49,371 bases of DNA from a virus (taxonomy: Duplodnaviria > Heunggongvirae > Uroviricota > Caudoviricetes). Made by a program: the position numbers and the translations under genes. The notes under the pieces were generated by a model. The model saw only the letters and a program-made list of their open reading frames with translations, was not told where the DNA came from and did no database searches. The stretch lies in the IMG/VR virus record IMGVR_UViG_3300039008_000325, positions 1 through 49,371 of that record. One strand, given 5' to 3'. This document shows, piece after piece, positions 36,134-46,356 of this stretch (position 1 is its first letter; every line of letters begins with the position of its first letter).

Positions 36134-36386
36134 ACTCCTCTTTTAATCTTTCAATTATGTTTATATGATTACATTCAATAATCATTATTTTATCGAAATA
36201 TTTTATGTAAATATATTCTTCACAGTTTTCAATAATGATATTCTCTTTATCAAATTTGGAAAGAATAATATAACTCTTTAATATATCCCAAACCTCTTGC
36301 TCTGATTCTATTATTTGACATTGATTCAGATCAAGAATTCCGCTATTAATCTCCCATAAAATCATATTAAATACCCTTTTTCTCAC
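36114..36386 (-). CDS. hypothetical protein
   Basis: 90-aa ORF; probable start MILWE. Confidence 0.6.
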   Translation of the reverse strand: MRKRVFNMILWEINSGILDLNQCQIIESEQEVWDILKSYIILSKFDKENIIIENCEEYIYIKYFDKIMIIECNHINIIERLKEEYVNGQK

Positions 36387-37035
36387 TCATATAATATTGC
36401 ATTAAGCTAGTGTTAATATTTAATATTGTTTGTCTTTCTAATACAAGTAAGTTAATATTATACATATTTTTCTCAGGATGTACTTTTAAAACATCATCCA
36501 TTAAATATTCTGAAGATAATTCAACATTAGTATCACCAAATTCTTCTTCATATATTACATTACTTAAATCATCAATTAATTGTAGTACTATAGTTTGAGC
36601 TCTAGTTATAAATTTAAATGTTGTACAATTAAATTGATTTGCAATCTTTGTAATATTTTTAAATTTATCTGATTCAATACTAATACAAACTTCTTCTAAT
36701 TTATTTAATTTATCAAAGTCTATATTATCTTTTCTATAGTTAGTTTTTAAAATTTGTAAATCACCAATCAAATATTTAATTTTTTGTTTATCATTTTTAA
36801 TAACAAAATTATTATTTTGAATAGTTAAATCATATTCAGGTATAAAATCTAAAGTTTTAATAAACTTTTTAATATCATATAACCCCATTGCTTCTTGAAA
36901 ATTATCTTCAATATCAAAGTAACATAAAATACCAGCATTATAAACATGTTGTTTTTTTCCTGGTACAAGTACTATATTATTAGATAACGAAGCTATATAA
37001 TCTAACTTAGTGATTGTATCTTCTAAAATTTTCAT
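36367..37035 (-). CDS. gp45: sliding clamp (gp45-like), divergent
   Basis: N-terminus TITKLDYIASLSNNIVLVPG and GLYDIKKF resemble gp45; ~220 aa; near gp44/62. Confidence 0.7.
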   Translation of the reverse strand: MKILEDTITKLDYIASLSNNIVLVPGKKQHVYNAGILCYFDIEDNFQEAMGLYDIKKFIKTLDFIPEYDLTIQNNNFVIKNDKQKIKYLIGDLQILKTNYRKDNIDFDKLNKLEEVCISIESDKFKNITKIANQFNCTTFKFITRAQTIVLQLIDDLSNVIYEEEFGDTNVELSSEYLMDDVLKVHPEKNMYNINLLVLERQTILNINTSLMQYYMSEKKGI

Positions 37036-37061
37036 TTCATTTCCCTCTCTTAATTTATAAT

Positions 37062-37090
37062 ATTATATTCTTATTTTTAATGTTATTCAA
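37062..37090 (-). promoter_or_regulatory. promoter TTGAAT-N17-TATAAT
   Basis: Hexamers read directly. Confidence 0.65.
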
Positions 37091-37100
37091 TTTTACATTA

Positions 37101-38450
37101 TTAGAATGTAATATTAGAATTTTGATGTTGTCCTACGTTACTAATAACATGACTAACTCTATCTGAGTTTTGATTTAAATTTATGTTAACACCATCATCA
37201 AATACTTTTGCCATAGCTTTATCTACATTTAATAAGAATGAACTATTAGAAACCATACTATTATATCTATTTTTAATTTGTTGACATCTAATTTCACCTC
37301 TACCTCTTAATTCATCATCTTCAATTAGACCTATCATTAAGTCACATGTTTGAGATAAACCGTAAGATTCAGCTACATCTGTAGTACCAACTGAACTTGA
37401 TTGTGCACCTTGTCTATTTAACTGTTGAGCTGTTAAAATAGGAATATCTAAAATTTGACCTAAACCTCTCAATTCTTCAGCAATCTTCTTACCTTTTTCA
37501 TATAAACTAGCTGGTTCAGCTCCATTAGTAGTCATAATACCAATATAATCTACTAATAAAATATCAACTTTTTGACCAATCTCGTTTTCTATGTTTGTAA
37601 TTAAATTCTTAATATCATTTGCACAAGCAGTACCAGTAGGATACTCTTCAATTCTTAAATAATTATTTTTATGTTGAACATCTAGTTTTAGTTTCATTTT
37701 TTCAACTTTATCTAAACCTAAATCTTTCAAATCATTTTGAGGTATGTTAAATTTAGCAGCATCAATTCTTTTTGAAATTTCTGCTGGATCCATTTCTAAT
37801 GTTACATATACAGTATTTAAACCTTTTTCATAGTAATGTTTTGCAAAATTACATAGAAATAATGATTTACCTACACCTGTTCCAGATAATACAGCATTAA
37901 GAGTTTTCTTTTTAACTCCACCATCTGTCATATCATTTAATTGTTTAATTGGAAAAGAAAACTGCTCTTCTACTTTTTTATAATCTTCAAAACGCTCAAT
38001 CATATTTTCTGCATAATCATAACCTGTTGTTTCATCAAAGTTAATATTTAATGCATCTTCCATAATTTCTAAATAGTTATATTGATTAGAATTTCCTGAA
38101 CTTTGTAACTCTATACATTTTCCGATTGCTTGTTCAATTCTATATTCTTTAATATGTTTTTGAGTTTTTTCACGTAACCATTCATCACTATAATCATTAG
38201 GATTATATTTTTGATTTAATATCTTACTAATATCTTGAATAAGAGAGTCATCAATTTTAATATCTTCTATAACTTCAGTTTTAATCTCAGATATTGACGG
38301 TTTCTTATCATATTTATTATTATATAACAAGATTTTATTCATTATTACTTTAAAAGCATCATCAAATGATGATGGATCTACTTTATAAATATATTTATTG
38401 TAATATGTTCCGTTATTTAATAAATTCAATATTATATCGTTTTGTATCAT
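37101..38450 (-). CDS. gp41: replicative helicase (gp41/DnaB-like)
   Basis: SGTGVGKSL, VTLEM, VDYIGI, EELRGL, TAQQLNR, AESYGL, KNRY. Confidence 0.95.
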   Translation of the reverse strand: MIQNDIILNLLNNGTYYNKYIYKVDPSSFDDAFKVIMNKILLYNNKYDKKPSISEIKTEVIEDIKIDDSLIQDISKILNQKYNPNDYSDEWLREKTQKHIKEYRIEQAIGKCIELQSSGNSNQYNYLEIMEDALNINFDETTGYDYAENMIERFEDYKKVEEQFSFPIKQLNDMTDGGVKKKTLNAVLSGTGVGKSLFLCNFAKHYYEKGLNTVYVTLEMDPAEISKRIDAAKFNIPQNDLKDLGLDKVEKMKLKLDVQHKNNYLRIEEYPTGTACANDIKNLITNIENEIGQKVDILLVDYIGIMTTNGAEPASLYEKGKKIAEELRGLGQILDIPILTAQQLNRQGAQSSSVGTTDVAESYGLSQTCDLMIGLIEDDELRGRGEIRCQQIKNRYNSMVSNSSFLLNVDKAMAKVFDDGVNINLNQNSDRVSHVISNVGQHQNSNITF

Positions 38451-38472
38451 TTATTACCCCTATTATTGTGAG

Positions 38473-38500
38473 TATTTGGGGAGAATTAACTCCCCAAATA
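38473..38500 (-). terminator. terminator after gp32
   Basis: 11-bp TATTTGGGGAG/CTCCCCAAATA stem. Confidence 0.7.
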
Positions 38501-38502
38501 AG

Positions 38503-39447
38503 TTAAAAGTCAGGACTGAATCCACCTGTTTCATCATCTTCTACTGTCCAACCACGGTTAGGTTGTGCACTAGGAGTTGCATCTTGTCTCACATGTGTTT
38601 GATTTGATGCTGGTGTTGGAGTGTCAAAACTTGGTATTTCATCATCAATAGGTGCTGGTGTTGGTTCAACATTTTCAGTTCTTACTTGAGTTTGAACTGG
38701 AGCATTGTTACCAATTTTAATAGCACTTAATACATCTCTTACTCTATCCATATTTGCTTTATCAAAAGTCGCTTCATCACGCCATTCATTTAAATCATAT
38801 GTTTTATTAAGAATACCTTCGATTACACCTGCGTTTTTAGATTCATTTTCTCTTGCACCATCAATACTTGTATAATCTCTTACGAAATATGAACTATCGT
38901 AATTATAAGTATTTCTTTTGATACATTTTAAAACAAAATCTTTACCATCAATGATATCAAATGCATCTGCATATGTTTCATCTGTTTCTGACAATATTTG
39001 ATAAATTGTTTTTGACATTTTATAAAGAAAAACTTTTCCATTATTTTCTGGGTTTTCTTTATCATCAATCACAAGTATATTAGTATAATAATAATCATTA
39101 GCAAATAATTGATTATTCTTACAAATATTTGTTGCTTCTTCTTTTGGTAAATTTTCATATGCTTCTTTAGCTTTATCACAAACAGGACACTGTTTTTTAA
39201 TTGATTTTTGCTTACAAAGACATGATGCAATACCTTTACTAGTCTTTACAAAATGTTCAAAAACTTGAATAGTTTTATCTTCTTGTAAAGTTGGTAAGAA
39301 ACGAATTAATGCTTCACCTCTACCTGTTGTTTCGTTTAATTTAAGCTTCCAGAATCTTGGATCTGCATATGATTTAGGTGCAATTTCTTGACCTGCTGCT
39401 TTAACTCTTTCTGCTTTTTTCTTTCTATATGAATCTATATCTAACAT
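38503..39447 (-). CDS. gp32: single-stranded DNA-binding protein (gp32-like)
   Basis: DPRFWKL...ALIRFLP, C....CPVC zinc site, YYTNILVIDD.ENPENNGKVFLYK, NYDSS, acidic tail. Confidence 0.93.
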   Translation of the reverse strand: MLDIDSYRKKKAERVKAAGQEIAPKSYADPRFWKLKLNETTGRGEALIRFLPTLQEDKTIQVFEHFVKTSKGIASCLCKQKSIKKQCPVCDKAKEAYENLPKEEATNICKNNQLFANDYYYTNILVIDDKENPENNGKVFLYKMSKTIYQILSETDETYADAFDIIDGKDFVLKCIKRNTYNYDSSYFVRDYTSIDGARENESKNAGVIEGILNKTYDLNEWRDEATFDKANMDRVRDVLSAIKIGNNAPVQTQVRTENVEPTPAPIDDEIPSFDTPTPASNQTHVRQDATPSAQPNRGWTVEDDETGGFSPDF

Positions 39448-39887
39448 TATTTAGTACCTCTTTTTTTCTTTACTGCTGATTTGTTAGCTGTTTTTTTCGT
39501 TTTAGTAGTTTTCACTACCGGTTTAGTATCTACTTTTTTAGTAGATTTTTTTGCAACTTTTTTCTTAGCTGCAGTTTTCTTCTTAGCAGGTCTTCCAGAC
39601 TTTTTAGTTGGATTCTCTATTAAGAAAAACTCGTCTTCATATGTGAAGTTAATTTTATCTGATGTAAAAAATGGTGATTTAATCCATGATTTGAAACTTT
39701 CCGTAGATATTAATTTACCTTTTGTATTATACGTTTTATATTTAGTTCTCAATAATAATGTATTTTCACACACTTTAAATGTTTTTGCATCTACTACTTT
39801 ACCTGATAAACCTGTAAATTCTTTACTAAATCTACCCATGTAGTGTTTTTTATTTTTATTAAATGTTTTTCTTGAAATGATTTTCAT
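39447..39887 (-). CDS. basic protein with histone-H1-like Lys/Ala/Thr-rich tail
   Basis: KKSGRPAKKKTAAKKKVAKKSTKK...; TAATG-coupled to gp32. Confidence 0.75.
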   Translation of the reverse strand: MKIISRKTFNKNKKHYMGRFSKEFTGLSGKVVDAKTFKVCENTLLLRTKYKTYNTKGKLISTESFKSWIKSPFFTSDKINFTYEDEFFLIENPTKKSGRPAKKKTAAKKKVAKKSTKKVDTKPVVKTTKTKKTANKSAVKKKRGTK

Positions 39888-40001
39888 TTTGACTCTCCTA
39901 TTAATTAAAACATTTTTAAATCATTTTTTTCCTTGATTTAAAATATAAACGTATTATAATAACTAGCTTTTTAATTTATAGAAAAGTTTATTAAATAGAA
40001 A

Positions 40002-40025
40002 AGAGATGTAATTACTTACATCTCT
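40002..40025 (-). terminator. intrinsic terminator
   Basis: 10-bp AGAGATGTAA/TTACATCTCT stem then TTT. Confidence 0.65.
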
Positions 40026-40057
40026 CATAGGTTATTTAATGATATACTATGTTTTAA

Positions 40058-40831
40058 TTAGCAACTTAATATCATCTCTGATAATTTCTTCTCTTCAGAA
40101 GGTGTAAAATATTTTAGAGTTATATTACCTGGATTAGTGTAATCAAATATATTAATCTTTTCACTAATAATTTTTGGACTAATATTAAGTCTAGCTCCAA
40201 GAAGTTTTTCCAATCTAGTTTTTAAACGTTTAGTATTTGCTTCTAGATTTTCCTTATCTTGCTTTTCTTTTTCCAATTTTTCTTTTAGTGTTTTCAAACG
40301 TTGTTCAGCTAATTTTCTAACTTGAAAATGAATGTGATATTGTTTATCTTTTGGATCATAAAGTTCACGATCAACCTTTTGAAATTCAAATTCGAAATAA
40401 CATTCTCCAATAATATTTTTCCAATAACTAGTATCAATTGTGATTTCATTAATATATCTATCTTTTAGATATTGAAAATAAGCATCTGGATCTACACATT
40501 TGATATATTGAGATATTAATGCTGCTGTTAATTCATCATATTTACCTGATATATTTGATTTAAAACCTCCATTATTAATTGAACCTTTAATAAATTCAGA
40601 TGGCAATTTTGAACGTTCTGATATTGTGAACTTATTATAATATTCATCTCTTTTATCTTTAGTTATATTAATAATAGGATTATAATTATTAGATTTATGA
40701 CATACTCCGAAATATGGACTAGTGTAACCTTTACAATTATATTCATCATTTAGATATAATCCATTAGCATCTACGTTATATTTCACAGTATATTGGTCGC
40801 TATTAAATAGCGGTTCGTTTCTTTTTTTCAT
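40058..40831 (-). CDS. hypothetical protein
   Basis: 257-aa ORF with its own promoter cassette. Confidence 0.75.
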   Translation of the reverse strand: MKKRNEPLFNSDQYTVKYNVDANGLYLNDEYNCKGYTSPYFGVCHKSNNYNPIINITKDKRDEYYNKFTISERSKLPSEFIKGSINNGGFKSNISGKYDELTAALISQYIKCVDPDAYFQYLKDRYINEITIDTSYWKNIIGECYFEFEFQKVDRELYDPKDKQYHIHFQVRKLAEQRLKTLKEKLEKEKQDKENLEANTKRLKTRLEKLLGARLNISPKIISEKINIFDYTNPGNITLKYFTPSEEKKLSEMILSC

Positions 40832-40860
40832 AGTTAGGTTCCTCTCCTCTTTATAACCAT

Positions 40861-40889
40861 AATATAGTATAATTTAAGGTGGGAATCTA
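40861..40889 (-). promoter_or_regulatory. promoter TAGATT-N17-TATATT (repeat of the 23248-23282 cassette)
   Basis: Direct alignment by eye. Confidence 0.6.
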
Positions 40890-40909
40890 CCAAAAAAATA
40901 GAAAGAAAA

Positions 40910-41431
40910 TTACTTTCTTTCTATTTTACTTTTAAAAATATCTTTATATGATTGAAAAAACTGATGAAATTCAAACACTAAATATTTTACATTATTACGA
41001 TTATATACAGTATAATTAATATCTTCAGTTAAATAATCATTATCAAAAGGTACTACTATATAGATTCCCTTTCTATTAATTTTAAATATTATACAATGTC
41101 TATGAGATTCCATATTTGATGTTTCTACATCATGTTCATTTTGACCTAACCATTTATCTAATGTTTTATTATCTGTTAATAAACCATGAAATAAGAAATC
41201 TTTATAAGCTTTACATTCTACAGCAATTTCAAATTCAGAAGGTGGTATTAAATCACCTCTTGTTAAAAGCTCTTGTTCAGCTGACAATCTTTCTTTTCTA
41301 AATGAATTAGATGCTCCTGTAATTGCTCCTGAATTAGGAACTCTTTCCCAATTACCACCTAAATATTTTCCAAGTAAGTTACAAGTTTCTCTTTCAAAAC
41401 TATTACCTTTACTTTTATTTTTATTAACCAT
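40910..41431 (-). CDS. PD-(D/E)XK nuclease, Holliday-junction resolvase-like
   Basis: KSKGNSFERE, RVPNSGA, GDL, VECKAY. Confidence 0.8.
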   Translation of the reverse strand: MVNKNKSKGNSFERETCNLLGKYLGGNWERVPNSGAITGASNSFRKERLSAEQELLTRGDLIPPSEFEIAVECKAYKDFLFHGLLTDNKTLDKWLGQNEHDVETSNMESHRHCIIFKINRKGIYIVVPFDNDYLTEDINYTVYNRNNVKYLVFEFHQFFQSYKDIFKSKIERK

Positions 41432-42665
41432 GTATTAAATCCAATATCTTAATATCTTCTAGTTTACCTTCATTAACTGTAAATAGTGTTTGACTAATTT
41501 CATTTGAAAATACTCCTAAACCTGCAGCATATTCATTAACACCTACTAATGAAGCATTACAAATTAATTTACGTTTATTTAAAGATAAAACATTAAAATT
41601 GTGATAATGTCCAACACAAGCAACATCAAAATCCATTTCGAAATCTTTTAATTCATTTGCCATTGTATTAACATTTTTCATAGTTCTTAAACCTTTAACA
41701 CCTCTAAGAGAAATATCTCCGTGCATTAATAATAGTTTAAGACCTGCAACTTCCTCTACAATAAAGAATGAATTAGGCACTTCTACTTCGATATTATTAA
41801 AATTACTATTATGTTCTTTTAACGTGTCAATAGCAGATTTAATATAATGACCTAAAATATATTCTAGTGAAGTTTCTACCTTATCTTTAAATCTTTTTTC
41901 TTTTGTTAATCTAGAGTGATTGCCCACTATATTGATAAATTTAACTTTTTCTTGTATTTGAGATAAGTTAATTAATTCTTTAATTATAATATCACCAACT
42001 CTGATTACAGCTTCTGTATCTTTTATTTCATTTGATTGAGATAATTCATCATGTATGCTACCAGAAATTTGATCACCTAAACCAACAATTGTTGTTTTAT
42101 TGATTTGATTCTCAATTAAATAATCACTATGCATTTTAAAAATTTGTTCAATTCTTTCATCTGCAGTTGCAACATCATATACATTCATAAAGTTTAATGC
42201 ATTAGGAATAACAACTTCACCATAATGCCAATCTGAAATTAATAATACAGCTTCTTTATCTGTCTTTTTAGGTTTAATAGTTTTTGTTTTATATGATTTA
42301 AGTTTAGTGCTGAACTTTTTCTTAACACTTTCTTTTAATATTTCATTAAACTTACCATTAAACTCAATTAATTGATCATTTTGTCTTTTAAATTCTTTAG
42401 CAGATGCTTTAGATTTAATAGTTGCAAATGAATTAGAAATGATTTGTTTTTCTTCCTTTTCATTTAAATATGATCTTATTTTATTTTTCATATTAGAGTA
42501 TGAACCAAATTCCTTTTCAATTTCATAAACTGAATAAGCGTTTACATCATTTTTAGTTGCTACTCTATAGGTATCTCTATTACATACCTCTCCCTCATTA
42601 TGTTCTTTTGAAATATCAAGAACATAATTAATTATGTTTAGTTCTTTAGATGTTAATTTCATCAT
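41424..42665 (-). CDS. metallophosphoesterase with N-terminal extension
   Basis: ISDWHYGE, LGDQISG.IH, GNHSR, HGD, GHYH, NASLVG..EY. Confidence 0.85.
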   Translation of the reverse strand: MMKLTSKELNIINYVLDISKEHNEGEVCNRDTYRVATKNDVNAYSVYEIEKEFGSYSNMKNKIRSYLNEKEEKQIISNSFATIKSKASAKEFKRQNDQLIEFNGKFNEILKESVKKKFSTKLKSYKTKTIKPKKTDKEAVLLISDWHYGEVVIPNALNFMNVYDVATADERIEQIFKMHSDYLIENQINKTTIVGLGDQISGSIHDELSQSNEIKDTEAVIRVGDIIIKELINLSQIQEKVKFINIVGNHSRLTKEKRFKDKVETSLEYILGHYIKSAIDTLKEHNSNFNNIEVEVPNSFFIVEEVAGLKLLLMHGDISLRGVKGLRTMKNVNTMANELKDFEMDFDVACVGHYHNFNVLSLNKRKLICNASLVGVNEYAAGLGVFSNEISQTLFTVNEGKLEDIKILDLIHG

Positions 42666-42958
42666 TATACCTTATTTTTGAAATCAGCCTGAGAAGGTCG
42701 GTTTAATAACTTTTTCCTACTTTCAATATATTCTTGTGGCCAATATTTTTGTTTATTATATGATTTATCATCATAGACCTTACCATCTGTATGATCTAAT
42801 GTTGATTCATTAGGTACCCATCTTAATGTACCCTCTTCGCATTTTTCACAAATACCTTTCCCGAAGCCATCATTAAGTGGATAAATATCAAATTTTTCAT
42901 TTAACGTTCTGTATATTATATGTGAACATTTATCACATTTAAACTTTTGATTATTCAC
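42665..42958 (-). CDS. zinc-ribbon protein (FmdB-like)
   Basis: KCDKC...CEKC; late promoter upstream. Confidence 0.7.
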   Translation of the reverse strand: MNNQKFKCDKCSHIIYRTLNEKFDIYPLNDGFGKGICEKCEEGTLRWVPNESTLDHTDGKVYDDKSYNKQKYWPQEYIESRKKLLNRPSQADFKNKV

Positions 42959-43002
42959 GGAATTCTCCTAATTTTAATTTTTTAGTTGATTTACTATAAA
43001 AG

Positions 43003-43010
43003 TATTTATA
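43003..43010 (-). promoter_or_regulatory. T4-type late promoter TATAAATA
   Basis: Exact match in an intergenic region. Confidence 0.65.
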
Positions 43011-43121
43011 TAATATATTTATTCCTACAGTAATTATAAAAGATTACTACTTTCATATTAAATTTAAAATTTAATTTACCCATAATGACGATCTTTAAAT
43101 TAATAAAGATCGTCGTTTCTT

Positions 43122-43736
43122 TTATTGTGGTGGACCAGAAGGTGTTCCTGGTGCATTACAAATATGTGTATGAGCATTAAATAATATTCCACCAATCACA
43201 GCTGATTGAGCAATTACTGGAGATAATGTTGATGTTCCTAGAACACTTAAATCACCTGTAACATCAACAGTCTTTTTACATTCAACAGATTCATTACATA
43301 TTAATTTATCATTAATAATAACTTCACTAAATGATGTAATTTCTAATTTATTATCTTCAGTTAATGTAACTGAACCGCCATCAGGTAAAGACATTTGATA
43401 TTTATTATCACTCATTGTAATCTTTACACCACTTGGATGTGTAAATTCATAATTATTAGTATCTTCTAATTCACCGATATCACTATCAGATGGAATACAG
43501 TGAGTTACTAACCATGTTTGATGAAAATCAAAAGCTTCAACTAAAACATTACTACCAATTTGTAAGTTATGATGTTTTAATCCTATTCCTTTTGTTAATG
43601 AAGTTTCAGGTGAATGTGCTACTTGAGCCCAAGGTAAGTTTTGACCTTCAATTACACCTTCAACTTTTATTTGAACTCTCCCTTTTTTTTCTGGATCTGT
43701 TATATTAGTTACAACAGCCCTATATCTATTTTCCAT
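43122..43736 (-). CDS. baseplate spike protein (gp5 N-terminal OB-fold / gpV-like)
   Basis: RAVV....DPEKKGRVQIKV, PWA, GSNVLV; beta-helical repeats; terminal HTH (HxH) metal site and PSGPP. Confidence 0.85.
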   Translation of the reverse strand: MENRYRAVVTNITDPEKKGRVQIKVEGVIEGQNLPWAQVAHSPETSLTKGIGLKHHNLQIGSNVLVEAFDFHQTWLVTHCIPSDSDIGELEDTNNYEFTHPSGVKITMSDNKYQMSLPDGGSVTLTEDNKLEITSFSEVIINDKLICNESVECKKTVDVTGDLSVLGTSTLSPVIAQSAVIGGILFNAHTHICNAPGTPSGPPQ

Positions 43737-44754
43737 TCCTTAATACCTCTAATAATTTAATTAATCGCTCACTATCTTCATCTTTAGATAGTACTTCGAT
43801 TATGACGTCTTCTATTTGATAATTAACACTATCATTATCTTCTAATTCTAGTTTTACTTTATTAGTGTCAATCACAGATAGTTTTTCTACATCTAATGAA
43901 TTAACTTTTTCAAGTACTTCATCTGACATTGAATCTTGTGTAACAATTTTAATATTTTTACAATTTTGTATTTCATTAATATCTATTTCTCTATTATTAC
44001 TATCAAAGAATTTATCTTCTTTAAATGTAATTTGTTCAAAATATCTATTATTATTATTCCATATCTCTGCTAATTCCTCATCTTGATTTTGAGTATCTAA
44101 AACAAAATAACTTTTTTCATCATTGAAATCTACCCAAGTTAATTCATATGGTGCTCCAGTATAGATAACATTATCACTATTAAGATCTATTGATTTTGTA
44201 TGATAATGTCCTGAGAAAACATATTTAAAATCTGAGAAAGTTGATCTTGTAATTTTTTCTTCACATGAAGATTTTCTATGTTTATCATATGAATAACCTG
44301 TAAACTCAAAGTGTCCAAAACAATATTTACAATTACTTAAATTAGCTTGTTTAACAGCTTCTAAAACACTTTGTTTATTTTCATCATTAATCCAAGGAAC
44401 AAATAACATACCATTCTTAATAGTTGGATCAATATGAATAGAAATATTATCATATTGTTCTAAGAACACTAAAGAATTATATCTATTAGTGTTCTTATAT
44501 AATACATCATGATTACCGCACAGTATATCAATTGGATAGTCTATAAATAGGTTAAATACATCTTTAGCAAAATACATAGTATCAATATTCATAGATTTTC
44601 TATTATCAAAAATATCACCTAAGAATATAATTCTATCTATATTATCTCTTTTTAAATCTGATTGTAATTGTTTAAAAAATTTCATTTGATAATCTTTAAA
44701 CAATTTATTATCACTTACACCAAGATGTAAATCCCCTATTATAGCATATTTCAT
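43726..44754 (-). CDS. gp47: T4 gp47-like recombination nuclease (SbcD/Mre11)
   Basis: IGDLHLG, LGDIFDNRK, GNHD, FVPWI, GHFE, SGHYH, YTGAP. Confidence 0.92.
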   Translation of the reverse strand: MKYAIIGDLHLGVSDNKLFKDYQMKFFKQLQSDLKRDNIDRIIFLGDIFDNRKSMNIDTMYFAKDVFNLFIDYPIDILCGNHDVLYKNTNRYNSLVFLEQYDNISIHIDPTIKNGMLFVPWINDENKQSVLEAVKQANLSNCKYCFGHFEFTGYSYDKHRKSSCEEKITRSTFSDFKYVFSGHYHTKSIDLNSDNVIYTGAPYELTWVDFNDEKSYFVLDTQNQDEELAEIWNNNNRYFEQITFKEDKFFDSNNREIDINEIQNCKNIKIVTQDSMSDEVLEKVNSLDVEKLSVIDTNKVKLELEDNDSVNYQIEDVIIEVLSKDEDSERLIKLLEVLRNGK

Positions 44755-44757
44755 TTA

Positions 44758-46356
44758 TTATTCCTCTTTTAAATCATCTGGAATTACAACATTTACAACT
44801 ACATCTGTAGTTAATAATTCACCTGTAACAGATATTGCTGATTCCAATGATGTTAATATAACCTTTACAGGATCAATAATACCATTTTCAAATAGGTTTT
44901 CAATTGACGTTTTAAATACATCTACACTGTAATTGTGATCACTTGTTTCTTTATATTTATCTAATACTTTTTCGATATAATACTTTACATCTAATCCAGC
45001 ATTAGTTAAAATTTGTTTGAAAGGTGTTTGAATTGCATTGTAAATAATTTTTTCACCATCACTATTATTATCATTTATAAGTTGTTTAGAAACATGTAAT
45101 AATGCTCTTCCACCACCTACAACGATACCTTTTTCTTTAGCAGATCTAACTGCACCTAAAGCATCATCAACTCTATCTTGTCTTTCTTTTTGTTCAATTT
45201 CTGTTCTACCAGCTACTGATATAACACCAACTTTACAAGATAATCTATTTAATCTCTTTTGTAATTGATCAAGATCATAAGCGTGTGTTGTTTGACCTAT
45301 TTGATTTTTAATCTTATCAGTTAAAGCGTTTAGAGCATCTTTATTACTTTCTTTATCTGTAATAATAATACTGTTTTTAAGAGTAGTTTCAATTAACTTA
45401 GCTGTACCAATATGTTTATCAGTAATACTTTCTAATGTATCACCAACTTGAGGATCAATCACTTCACAACCACATAATACAGATAAATCTTCCATATTAG
45501 CTCTTACACTTAATTGTGTTCCAGTTAATTGAACAACATTTACATTTAAGTTAACAGCTTTCTTATTCTTTAATAGATTATCAACAGCTGTTTGACTAAT
45601 ATTTGTTGTAAATATAGTTAAAGCTTGACCTGTCGTCATACAATTTTCTAATAAAGCTTCTAAAGGTTGTAGTGAATTAATTGGTGCTAATGTTAATAAA
45701 ACATGACCATTTTTATATTCACCTTTACCTTGTGACCAATTAGTGGTAAAGTGTTCTGAAATGTGACCATTATCTAATTGATACCCATCAATTACTTTAT
45801 AGCTAGTTTCACCATCAAGAGCTGCTTCTATTGTAATCGGAGAACTGTCATCTACAGCACTAAACGCATCAGCAACCACTTTACCTAGTTCTTTATCATT
45901 GTTAGCAGATACTTTAGCAACATTAAAGATTTGTTCTTGTGTTGTTACTTCAGTTTTAATCTTATCTAATTCTTCAACGATTTTATTATATGCATCATCA
46001 AGTTCATTCTTTAGATCTCTAACATTTTTATTTTCTTTCATTTGTTTTAACGCTTCAGTGTAAATACCTTGAGCTAAAACTGTTGCAGTTGTTGTACCAT
46101 CTCCAGTTGTATCTGCGGCTCTTGATGCAACACTTTTAATTAATTGTGCACCGATATTTTCGATAGGATCTTTTAATTCAATAGCTTTAGCAACTGAAAC
46201 ACCATCCTTTGTAGAAACATGTCCATATGGAAGTTTTAACATTACATTTTTACCTGATGGTCCTAATGTTGTTTTAACTGTATTAGATATTTTATCAATA
46301 CCTTTCTTTAATGTTTCTTGTGGTTGAAATTTAATATCACTATATACTTTAGCCAT
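44758..46356 (-). CDS. groEL: phage chaperonin GroEL-like
   Basis: TLGPSGKNV, TKDGVSVA, GDGTTTA, RVDDAL, GGG, IIDP.KV. Confidence 0.95.
   Translation of the reverse strand: MAKVYSDIKFQPQETLKKGIDKISNTVKTTLGPSGKNVMLKLPYGHVSTKDGVSVAKAIELKDPIENIGAQLIKSVASRAADTTGDGTTTATVLAQGIYTEALKQMKENKNVRDLKNELDDAYNKIVEELDKIKTEVTTQEQIFNVAKVSANNDKELGKVVADAFSAVDDSSPITIEAALDGETSYKVIDGYQLDNGHISEHFTTNWSQGKGEYKNGHVLLTLAPINSLQPLEALLENCMTTGQALTIFTTNISQTAVDNLLKNKKAVNLNVNVVQLTGTQLSVRANMEDLSVLCGCEVIDPQVGDTLESITDKHIGTAKLIETTLKNSIIITDKESNKDALNALTDKIKNQIGQTTHAYDLDQLQKRLNRLSCKVGVISVAGRTEIEQKERQDRVDDALGAVRSAKEKGIVVGGGRALLHVSKQLINDNNSDGEKIIYNAIQTPFKQILTNAGLDVKYYIEKVLDKYKETSDHNYSVDVFKTSIENLFENGIIDPVKVILTSLESAISVTGELLTTDVVVNVVIPDDLKEE

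Noticed and set aside
39933-39960. Plus-strand promoter TTGATT-N16-TATAAT (antisense)
   Set aside because: ATTATAAT is palindromic and the region is extremely AT-rich, so a chance match cannot be excluded; no plus-strand product is evident
43087-43114. 11-bp hairpin as terminator of the spike gene
   Set aside because: The U-run is on the plus-strand side, so orientation is ambiguous; not listed as a terminator
44758-46356. Bacterial chromosome origin because of groEL, rnhA and que genes
   Set aside because: Surrounding T4-type gp32/41/44/45/46/47/61/UvsX/UvsY, TATAAATA late promoters and dense single-strand small ORFs indicate a phage
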